DNA of 64,000 bases from Candidatus Bathyarchaeota archaeon (GTDB taxonomy: Archaea; Thermoproteota; Bathyarchaeia; Bathyarchaeales; Bathycorpusculaceae): the NCBI GenBank assembly GCA_963775895.1, contig CAVZKL010000018.1, forward strand, positions 67,768 through 131,767. Reading direction: 5' to 3'. The notes under the pieces were generated by a model. The model saw only the letters and a program-made list of their open reading frames with translations. It did no database searches and had not been told where the DNA came from. Made by a program: the position numbers and the translations under genes. Below are positions 30,774 through 39,056 of the stretch, piece after piece. The first letter of the stretch is position 1. Each line of letters begins with the position of its first letter.

Positions 30774-31113
30774 GGGTTGTTGGTCTATACGGGGTGTTTT
30801 GACTACAGGTTCTGACATTTTTCTTATCTCCATTCTATTGTTTCTACTTGTTTAAGTCGGCATTTTTGGCCTTAAACCTTCTGGTTAAACCGTTCTACAT
30901 TTCTACACTAGAACCATGTTCTGTATACTTGTTCTACTGTTCTACATATCTACAGAAGAGGCTAGAGGTTCTCAATTATTCTTAGCGTTCTGTCGTTTCT
31001 AGCGTTCTATCTATTTGTTCCTCTATCCGTTGCTTCCTGCTGTTGCTTCTGTTAGTCTGTTGTTTAACGCTCTGCGTCTTCATATCTCAATGACTTCACA
31101 ATTTCGTTCGTGG

Positions 31114-31270
31114 ATGGGCAAGGGAAACCCCAGCTTATTGTCCTTCGCCCCATCGCGTGAGATTTGCGTCGGTACTCTTTGCGAGTACCAAGACAGCGAT
31201 GGCTCTGGGGTTTCCTGTCTCCTTGGCTCTATGGAGACTTAAGGGATTATCGCATTTGCGTTCCGCCCAT
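31114..31270. other. Multi-stem structured non-coding region (candidate single-strand origin or ncRNA)
   Basis: Five perfect complementary pairs of 6-11 bp in a nested/branched arrangement. Confidence 0.55.
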
Positions 31271-31543
31271 TTGCACCTGCCCTTGATTGTTTGTTCGCTC
31301 ATTCTGAGGCATTCGTTATCTGCGTAACGTGTTTATCAGGAACGGCATTTTTTTTATTTTTTTGTTGTTGTTGGTAGTTTAATGTAGACTTATATAACGC
31401 GGGTGGAATTTTTAAATAAGTCTTATAACATGGTTTTCGTATGTTGATTTTAAGCATCTGGTTTAGGCTGGGTGCATGGCTATGGTAGTAGTCCTCTACT
31501 CGACGGGGGGCTTTGGGTTCTCCGTCGTGGAAGGTAATGTAAT

Positions 31544-31735
31544 ATGCGAATGTGCAGGTACCATGTAGATAAGCGTTGTTACCATTCGTCTTGCAGTTTG
31601 ATCGACGAGTTTGGTAATGTCTCCGCGTGCTCGTTGCACCCTAATCCTGAAGGGTTTTTCCGTCGTCGTAAGGTTGTGACTGTTCGGGTTTCTATTTTTT
31701 GTAGGGGTTTTCGGCGTGGTGAGGGTGGTTGTTGA
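31544..31735 (+). CDS. Small Cys/His-rich protein (element)
   Basis: CRYH...CYHSSC...CSLH; first gene of the rep operon. Confidence 0.5.
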   Translation: MRMCRYHVDKRCYHSSCSLIDEFGNVSACSLHPNPEGFFRRRKVVTVRVSIFCRGFRRGEGGC

Positions 31736-31944
31736 TGGTCAGTAGTGTTTTGGCTAAGCGTCGGCGTTTGCTCTACTGCCCTGTTGACGACGAACATTAT
31801 GTTGGTTTCGACTGCGGTACGTGTTTTGATTATGAATGCCCTGAGCGTGCGTTAGCTCGTGGTCTGAAGGTTCGTAGCGTCGTTAAGTCTCGTGAGCGCG
31901 GGCGTTTTGAGTTTAAGGTACGGGAGCGTGAGCTATTTGGTTGA
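31729..31944 (+). CDS. Small Zn-finger-like protein (element)
   Basis: YCP...CGTC...CP; GGTGG RBS; overlaps both neighbours. Confidence 0.55.
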   Translation: MLMVSSVLAKRRRLLYCPVDDEHYVGFDCGTCFDYECPERALARGLKVRSVVKSRERGRFEFKVRERELFG

Positions 31945-32922
31945 GGTAGTCGGGAACCTGTCTGATGGCTCTATGGATGAGCCTGACGTTGTTGATGGTT
32001 ACTGCGAACATAGAAATGGCTCTTTCGAGCATTTCAAGTTGGTAGGTCATGGTCGCGTGACTAACAGCAAGTGCGGTTCTTTTAAGACGTTCTGGGGTTG
32101 TAATCGTCGTGAGTTGCATGATCATGTTGGGCTTGATGGAGTGAATTATAAGGACAAGGGGTACTTTAAGCCCGTTTTTCTGAGTTGCGATAAGCCGTCA
32201 TGCCCTGTTTGCTATAAGTACGGTTGGGCTAGTCGTGAGGCTCATAAGATTGAGGTACGTTTGGCTGAGGGGGCGAGGCTGTATGGTCATGTCGAACATA
32301 TCGGGGTTACGATTCCGCCTGAGTTCTATAACTTAAGCTATGCAGATCTTCGTAAGAAGGTTCTGGATTTGTGTATGCGTCTTGGCATTATCGGTGGTTG
32401 CCTGATCTTTCACGGCTTTCGGTACAATGAGCGTAAGGAGTGGTATTGGTCTCCGCACTTTCACGTTCTGGGTTTTGTTCAGGGCGGTGTTGCGTGCCAT
32501 CATTGTAAGGTGAAGTGCTTTAAAGGCTGTGGCGGCTTTCGGGATAAGTGTTATCGGCTGTTTGAGCAGGATCGTTGTATTGTTGATTGTTACGGTGAGC
32601 GTAAGACTGTGGGGGGTACGGCTTGGTACCAACTCAATCATGCGGCTGTGTTGACTGATGTTAAGCGGTTCCATGTCGTTACGTGGTTTGGGTGCTGCAG
32701 TTATCGTCGGCTAAAGGTTCTGTTGAGGCCAAGAGATCGTTCTGCCCTATTTGTGCCCATGATTTGATTCGGATGAAATATCTAGGCGGTAACGATAATA
32801 TTCGTGGAGTTGAGGCTGGAGATCGGGATTGCGCGGCGGCTCGTCGCTGGAAGTGTATTTGCGATTTAGACGAGGATGGTTCTGAGGCTTGGGCTGTTGA
32901 TTTGAGTGATGGTTTTGGTTAA
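31892..32922 (+). CDS. HUH rolling-circle replication initiator (Rep); frameshift ~32718
   Basis: Zn motif SCDKPSCPVC, motif I EHIGVTIP, motif II SPHFHVLGF, motif III AWYQLNH; C-terminal CPICAHDL in the next frame. Confidence 0.85.
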
Positions 32923-32962
32923 CTTGCGTAGTGGTAACTAGGCTTTTTACGGGTGGTGATTA

Positions 32963-33109
32963 TTGGCTAGGATTCGTTTGTATGTTAAGCATCGTGATCA
33001 GGGCTGTCGAATTGAGTCTGTTCCATTAAAGCGTTTGATCAAGTTGTCAGCTTACCGTAAAACTCGTTGGAAGTTTGAAGATGGTTGGCTGGTTTTGGAG
33101 GCTTTTTAG
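32963..33109 (+). CDS. 48-aa basic protein (element)
   Basis: Hand translation MARIRLYVKHRDQG...GWLVLEAF*; GGTGGTG RBS. Confidence 0.5.
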   Translation: MARIRLYVKHRDQGCRIESVPLKRLIKLSAYRKTRWKFEDGWLVLEAF

Positions 33110-33158
33110 TCGCGCGCGTGAAGTGTGGTTCTCTGACTAGGTATTCTTATAAGCAGAA

Positions 33159-33548
33159 ATGTCGATAATGAAACTGGAAACTTGGTTGGCGATGCAAATG
33201 ACCAAAATTACGTTTCAACCTTGGGCAGAAATCATCGTTCATGAAACAATAAAACGAGACCTGAAGGATTTGGTCAAGCTGAAAACTTTGTACTTCAAAA
33301 CTGGACAAATTACGGAGGTTTTTCTTTGGGCAGAAGGAGTTGTTTTTGTGCGAACTCCAATGCCTCCTACCGACGATGTAGTCAGAGACCAACTGAAAGG
33401 AGTGATTCACTATTCATCAGTAGAATATGCTAAAATGCCAAAATATAGAAAAACCATAGTGTCTGGAGGCATAACAGTTCCAGTAGTAGATGTGAGCGAG
33501 ACTCGTGCGTTAAGAGATGTGGCGAGAGAGCTCAAGAAACAACTTTGA
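33159..33548 (+). CDS. Hypothetical protein (cargo)
   Basis: ITFQPWAEIIVHE...WAEGVVF...VPVVDVS; looks like a conserved archaeal family but not named with confidence. Confidence 0.65.
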   Translation: MSIMKLETWLAMQMTKITFQPWAEIIVHETIKRDLKDLVKLKTLYFKTGQITEVFLWAEGVVFVRTPMPPTDDVVRDQLKGVIHYSSVEYAKMPKYRKTIVSGGITVPVVDVSETRALRDVARELKKQL

Positions 33549-33553
33549 TATCG

Positions 33554-34354
33554 TCAAACAGGTACTTGGTTTGCGGTCCCGACTCTCGTCTCTAACAACC
33601 CAAATGCAATGTCTAATTTGTCTAATTCACTCTTGAGGATTTTGACACATAGAGTTTGAACGCTTCTTTTCTTTTGGTAACTCAACTGAGGAGAGAGTGG
33701 GTTATCTGGTAGGAATATTGCTCGCACATCATGTGATGTAATGTATTCTCGAAGGGGTCTATATGACGTAGGTTTGTACGAGATTTCATAATCGATTGCT
33801 CCATAGTGGATGGCACATCTACGGAAACGTTTTATTTCTCCATACCACTTGTTTCGTTTCATACGAACAAGATGCTGAGTTATCGGCTCATTCCGTCTTG
33901 CAGGGTCATTCGTCAATTCTCCAACAATATAATCAAAACCAATTCTTTCAGGTGTTCGGGGAGGAGCGAAGTATACGAGATTTATGATATGTGCGAAAAT
34001 ATCAAGTGCACTTGTTAGACTTTCAAAGAAGCCATCCAACTCCAAAGAGAGATTCATCGCCTGAATAGGCGGGACTGAGGTGGGGATAGTAGCGGCTGCG
34101 TTAGATGCGGAACCAGTTGTGACATAAGGTGGCACAGTCGGTGTCGTTGAGGGTGTGATATTCCATTTCTTTATTGCAAGCATACTCTCTAAATGTGTTT
34201 TGCTGTGATGTAGTTTCAATCTTACAGAAGTACAATAGCGAGGAATCGGTGATGCGTCTGTAGAGACCCTTTGGTTACATCCTAGATTATTGAAAGTTGC
34301 TGAGAAAAGGTCAATGTTAGCAAACTGATGATATGGGTTGAATATCGCAATCAC
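33554..34354 (-). CDS. HEPN-like (Cthe_2314-type) putative RNase (cargo)
   Basis: LDGFFESLTSALDIFAHIIN helix plus R-x4-H motif RRCAIH. Confidence 0.65.
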   Translation of the reverse strand: MIAIFNPYHQFANIDLFSATFNNLGCNQRVSTDASPIPRYCTSVRLKLHHSKTHLESMLAIKKWNITPSTTPTVPPYVTTGSASNAAATIPTSVPPIQAMNLSLELDGFFESLTSALDIFAHIINLVYFAPPRTPERIGFDYIVGELTNDPARRNEPITQHLVRMKRNKWYGEIKRFRRCAIHYGAIDYEISYKPTSYRPLREYITSHDVRAIFLPDNPLSPQLSYQKKRSVQTLCVKILKSELDKLDIAFGLLETRVGTANQVPV

Positions 34355-34609
34355 CGATATCCTAGCGAAATTCTATTGTCTTCTATTATCAATTCAATTC
34401 TTTAAGACTTCGCTACAAACGATATTATGATAACTAGACCTCTCTGCGCATGCGCTCAAGTTTTCGGGTTACTCCAAAACTCGGTGGAGTTTTGAGAATG
34501 GTTGACTGGTTCTTGAAGCGTTTTAGTAATGTTTTCTGTTTGTTTTGTTTTTTGAAGTGTTTTTTTAGCGCGCGCTATTCTTATAAGCAATACAGATGAA
34601 GATTGATGT

Positions 34610-35101
34610 ATGGCACGTTCTTCGCCTCACACTGAGGATTTGAAAAAAACGCTACTTGATTTCACGTCTTCAGAGCTGGCTTCACATTCCGCAAGTCTGA
34701 TAGGATTTGCTCTACTTTTTTTCACTTTCATAGAACTATTCTCGAGACAGGATTTCTTGCCAAGAGCCAGTTTTCCGACGGCTCTCCCGACATGGTCGGG
34801 GGACACAGGTCGCTATTTAGCATTTTTTGGTTTTTCCGTCCTGCTAAGTACAGGAACAATCTACTTGCTTCTGCGGCTAGTCTACTATGGCGTGCTTGCC
34901 CATGAAATAATAACCTTGAAAGGCTTCAGTTGTGCGTCCATAGACCAATTGCGAGAGAAGATATGGCAAGAAACCAGCAAAAAAACGTTCCAGAAATGGT
35001 TTGCGGGCGGAATATCACCTAAGTCAACAGGGTTTCTTCTCTGTGTAGTTCTTGGATTGATTTTCAGTGTAGCGATGATGCTTGTTTTGTTTCTTAAATA
35101 A
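34610..35101 (+). CDS. 3-TM membrane protein (cargo)
   Basis: Three hydrophobic helices; TTATAA 29 bp upstream of the ATG. Confidence 0.65.
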   Translation: MARSSPHTEDLKKTLLDFTSSELASHSASLIGFALLFFTFIELFSRQDFLPRASFPTALPTWSGDTGRYLAFFGFSVLLSTGTIYLLLRLVYYGVLAHEIITLKGFSCASIDQLREKIWQETSKKTFQKWFAGGISPKSTGFLLCVVLGLIFSVAMMLVLFLK

Positions 35102-35119
35102 TGCACGCGCGCTTCGACT

Positions 35120-35779
35120 TCAAGGCGTTACCTCAGTTAACCCGTTTACTGCATTGAGTGCAATTACACAAACACAATCTGAGTAGAGGCTCTTTTCACG
35201 AATATCCTTTATTGCTCTTCCAGTTTTTCCTTTTCGGGTAATCTCGACAATGCTTCCGTCATCGTTGACAATGATTCTAAGATGAGCAATACTATTCCTA
35301 AGGTCTCTGTCGCATGCGTCTGAGATAAACTTGAATCCGTGTATCTCAACAAATTGCATCTTTTCAAGTAGATTCAGATTGTTAAGCCCTTCGTAGTTCC
35401 TTACAAAATCCCGTGTTTCTGGGTCATAGATGTCGTGATGATTTTCCAAAAGGATAAATGCTATCACTTGAATTGTTTCAGAAAAGATGCCTTCTGCCAT
35501 CACTAAGTATGCGTATAATTCCAAAAGCGACTTTTGTTTTGGTGTTAGATTTGCTTTTGGTGAAGCGGGAAGTAGAACAACATTCGTCCAATAATCATGT
35601 TTTCGGTCTATCTCAGCAATTTTCTCAAAAACTATTTTCAAATTCTCGTTTGTGAGATTGCGTAGAAGAGGTGCAATTATCGAGTTGAGTTCTTCGACTT
35701 TCTTGAAATCTGCTCCAGATATCTCACATAACCTCTTTTGCGAGGCAAGGAAATCTGCGCTCTTAGTTGTATCTGTCAA
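35120..35779 (-). CDS. HEPN-like putative RNase (cargo)
   Basis: Mostly helical; YLVMAEG plus R-x4-H motif DLRNSIAH. Confidence 0.65.
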   Translation of the reverse strand: MTDTTKSADFLASQKRLCEISGADFKKVEELNSIIAPLLRNLTNENLKIVFEKIAEIDRKHDYWTNVVLLPASPKANLTPKQKSLLELYAYLVMAEGIFSETIQVIAFILLENHHDIYDPETRDFVRNYEGLNNLNLLEKMQFVEIHGFKFISDACDRDLRNSIAHLRIIVNDDGSIVEITRKGKTGRAIKDIREKSLYSDCVCVIALNAVNGLTEVTP

Positions 35780-35928
35780 TTTCCCTCACTTTCTTCATAA
35801 TGGTTTATTTCGGTTCGGCTATAACTTTTCTGCAAAGCTTGTTTTGGTTGGTTGGAGCACGAGCGTCATGCGAGTGCGACATAATGGCTATGCATGATAT
35901 TGAATAGAAAAAGGGGGGGGGGTTGTGT

Positions 35929-36832
35929 TTATTTGCGTTTTCGGTATAGTTTGATTCCGTCTATTTCTTGGATGTATGTGAATCCGTGTTCTAGTAGGTC
36001 GGTGGCTTCTTTGATGTTTGTTGCTGTTTTGACTGTGTATTCGTCGTCTTCGTTGAAGTTTACGAGTTGTGTGTAAAGCATCGTTGTTTCGATTTTCTTG
36101 TGGCCTAGTTTCTGCATGACTAGTAGGATGTCTTTGGTTCTGTCGTATGTCGTTGTTGCGTAGTGGTGTCTTAGGTTCCGTAGTGGTATCGCTTTGAGTT
36201 GTGGTTGGTTGAGTTTTTCTGCTAGTCGGTCGCGTGTGCTTCTCCATACTTCGCCCATGCGTATGCTTTTCGGGAATGGGTGTTCTCCTGTGTATTTGTG
36301 TAGGTAGGCTCTCAGCATTTCGGCGGTTTGCTGTTTCAGTTTGAGGCTTCTGGAATTGTGGCCTTTGCATCCCTGTACGTTTATGATTCCTTGCTCTGCG
36401 TCTATGTCTCGTCTGGTTGTGGTTTCCAGTTCTTTTCCTTCCAAGCCTGTTTCTTCTAGTATGGTGAAGATTGTTGCGTATTTTTTGCATGATGCGCTTA
36501 TGATTTTGTAGATGTTTTCTGTCGTTGGGATTAGTGGTATTTTCCGTTCCCATCTGTACGTTGGCTTCTTCCAGTTGATTTGGTTCGTTATGCAGTAGTA
36601 GTTGTAGTCGTTTGCTAGTTTTTGTTTGGTGGCGTTTGATACCGTGCTGTTTGCGATGTATGCTAGTATCTCTTGGGGGTTTTGTAGGTCTGCGTGTTTG
36701 CCTAGTTGGTTCAGTTTCTGTGAGGCTGTTGCGAGGGTGCTTTCTGACAGTCCTGAGCTCTTCATTTGTAGGAGAGTGTTTATTATTCGGTCTTCGTGCA
36801 GTATTCCGTGTGTGTGGGCCCGTAGTCTAGTC
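35929..36832 (-). CDS. int(C): catalytic part of tyrosine integrase
   Basis: GCKGH, LRNLRH, LGHKKIETTMLY; frame stays open through the tRNA intron to 36942. Confidence 0.92.
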
Positions 36833-36960
36833 AGGCTGTCTGGTTCTGCCTGTGTCTTGGGTAAATTACCCTGTGTCCTAGTTCCAGAAGCCCTAGATTG
36901 GATTAAGACGCTGGCCTGCGGAGCCGGAGACCTTGGGTTCAAATCCCAACGGGCCCGCCA
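36816..36960 (+). tRNA. tRNA-Arg(GCG) with 66-nt D-loop intron (36833-36898), CCA encoded; contains attR
   Basis: Acceptor GGGCCCG/CGGGCCC, D-stem GTCT/AGAC, anticodon stem CTGGC/GCCGG with GCG at 36918-36920, T-arm TTGGG-TTCAAAT-CCCAA; BHB motif at the junctions. Confidence 0.93.
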
Positions 36961-36984
36961 CTAGTGCGCGCGCCATAATTGTAA

Positions 36985-37413
36985 TTAAGCGTGGGTCTTG
37001 AGAAAATCAATAATGACAGGCTTGAGATCAAAGGCGACTTCAAGTTTTGGGATCTCTTCTAAAGAGAAATACGTCAAGGCAGTTCCTTCGCCAAGTTTAA
37101 GGTTTTCGATTCCTTCAGAAATGTTACCCCAATAGATGTGACGCTCAGTGGTTTCGCTTAACGAATTCTCAACGATGGTCTTGAAAAGATCGTAAGAACG
37201 AAGGTCGAATCCCGATTCTTCCTTCACTTCCCTGAGTATGGCCTGTTCGGGGCTTTCGCCCTCTTCAACTCTTCCACCAGGCAAGGTCCAGCAATTTGGA
37301 TAGAGGTAATCGTCCTCAGACCTAAGCTGCAGAAGAACCTTGGCTTCCTCATTTACCAGAATTATTCCCACGAACCTGTTGAGCTTCAACCAAAAATCCC
37401 TTTCTTCTCTCAA
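36985..37413 (-). CDS. NUDIX hydrolase
   Basis: Nudix box PGGRVEEGESPEQAILREVKEESG. Confidence 0.92.
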   Translation of the reverse strand: MREERDFWLKLNRFVGIILVNEEAKVLLQLRSEDDYLYPNCWTLPGGRVEEGESPEQAILREVKEESGFDLRSYDLFKTIVENSLSETTERHIYWGNISEGIENLKLGEGTALTYFSLEEIPKLEVAFDLKPVIIDFLKTHA

Positions 37414-37667
37414 GTTCGTTTCTTTTCTGTTTCTAGCAATATCCTGAGTGAGCGCTAAAGAACTTTTTTATACGAAATTCGATATTGCAAGAAAACGCGC
37501 GCTGCATGATTTCCGCAAAACCACCTAGAGAACAACATTATGCAACTGGCACGCGCAGAGCGGGCTTGACCCTGATGTTGGTCAGAAAGCCTCAGGCCTG
37601 CCGACCCTCTCTTTCTGAAGAAAGACCAAGAAAACTCGCCGTGCACGATATTATTTAATAGGATGTT

Positions 37668-38333
37668 GTGCACAACAACTCAATCAGTGCGTGCTCTATG
37701 TCTAAAGAAGTGCAGCAAGTCAAACCCGTCTTCTCAAGAAAGTTCGTTTCAGTCGACCCCAGCAAATGCACGGGCTGTGGCATCTGCGAGTACGTTTGCG
37801 CCTCAGAAAAATGCGAGCACTGGACGCCGCTGGGCTCAAGAATACGCGTCATCCGCATAACCCCAATGTTAAACGCTGCGATGACCTGCAAATTCTGCGA
37901 AGACGCCCCATGCGTAAAAGCCTGCCCAGAAAAAGCATTAACCCAAGGCGAAAACGGTGTATTAACCGTCGACGAAAAGAAATGCTCCGCCTGCGACTGG
38001 TGTATCCAAGCCTGCCCGTACGGCGGCATCGCCCTCGACCCCGAAACGCACAAGGCAATAGCCTGCGACCTCTGCGCCGGAGAACCCAAGTGCATCGACT
38101 CCTGCCCAGAAGAAGCCCTGGAACTCGTCTCAGACGGCGAAGCCAACGAAAAAGCGTTCACGGCCGCGTTAGAAAAGATCCCGGCAGAAATCGAACGATT
38201 AAACAACATAATCAAGAAACGAGAGTGGGGAACCCTGATGGTGGAAGCCGAGGACAGAGCCAAGAAAACCACTCAGAAACTCGAAGCCATCAACAAAAGA
38301 AAAAGCCAACCAGAAAAACCCAAACCAACCTGA
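37668..38333 (+). CDS. 4Fe-4S multicluster ferredoxin-like protein
   Basis: Four CxxCxxC...CP motifs; probable start ATG 37698. Confidence 0.9.
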   Translation: MHNNSISACSMSKEVQQVKPVFSRKFVSVDPSKCTGCGICEYVCASEKCEHWTPLGSRIRVIRITPMLNAAMTCKFCEDAPCVKACPEKALTQGENGVLTVDEKKCSACDWCIQACPYGGIALDPETHKAIACDLCAGEPKCIDSCPEEALELVSDGEANEKAFTAALEKIPAEIERLNNIIKKREWGTLMVEAEDRAKKTTQKLEAINKRKSQPEKPKPT

Positions 38334-38432
38334 ACAACCAACCAAAACCCCTTCATGCCACGTTTTATCTGAGCATTCGTCTCACGAAAAAGTGATTAGT
38401 TTTATTAGCGGGTTATCCAGAAACTTGCACCA

Positions 38433-38921
38433 GTGATTCCCGTGAGACTCGACCTGAAATACTTCGCTATAGCAACCCTTCTCACACTCGCACTGATACT
38501 CGTTGACTACCGCATCTGGTACGTCTACGCTGGGGTTCCACCCACCTATTTCGCGACATATTTATTCCAACTCGCAGGACTCGTCATCGCAGTAGTCCTA
38601 CCCTTTGCCATAATGTACTTGATAAGCACCAGAATCCAATCATGGACGAACCTGTCGTCAATTCTGATTTCCACCTTCCTCGGCTGCCTGCTCGGCGGAC
38701 TAATCCACATCTTCTTTGACTGGGTCCCCGGCTTACTTCTCAACGTCAATTACGGCTATCTCGGCCTGCTACTGATACTCTATGAAGTATCCGTCTCGAT
38801 CGTGCAAGCAGTTTTCTCCGAAATCCTGTTCGTCAGCATCGCCGCTATACTGTTCGCCTACTACCGCACGCATCCTGACAGAACCATCCCCCAACCAGCG
38901 CAAGCAACACCTTCAATTTGA
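38433..38921 (+). CDS. Membrane hypothetical protein (~4 TM)
   Basis: Hydrophobic helices. Confidence 0.6.
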   Translation: MIPVRLDLKYFAIATLLTLALILVDYRIWYVYAGVPPTYFATYLFQLAGLVIAVVLPFAIMYLISTRIQSWTNLSSILISTFLGCLLGGLIHIFFDWVPGLLLNVNYGYLGLLLILYEVSVSIVQAVFSEILFVSIAAILFAYYRTHPDRTIPQPAQATPSI

Positions 38922-39056
38922 CATGTACACGAATTCTCTCGATTTCCAACGTCGCAAACCATCAACACGCAACAAACCAGACCCGCGCCATGGAGCACGT
39001 GATTCATGAAAAGTCTTTTCAAAGGCCTATTCATAACTATCTAATGGTTAACCTGC

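Larger units (their letters stand above)
30686..36832. mobile_element. ~6.1 kb integrated rolling-circle plasmid-like (cryptic) element
   Basis: tRNA-derived direct repeats, split integrase, HUH Rep, cargo genes; no capsid or conjugation genes recognised. Confidence 0.9.

Noticed and set aside
30833-31009. Possible CRISPR or mini-array
   Set aside because: Repeats are only 5-6 bp with no regular 30-40 bp spacers; no CRISPR array or cas gene was seen anywhere in the window
30686-36832. Provirus
   Set aside because: No capsid, spike or packaging ATPase recognisable; treated as plasmid-like, though a divergent structural protein cannot be excluded
36833-36942. Listed integrase start (TTG 36942, MNPRSPA...)
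   Set aside because: It lies inside the tRNA T-arm on the host side of attR; the native N-terminus is better explained by int(N) at 30773
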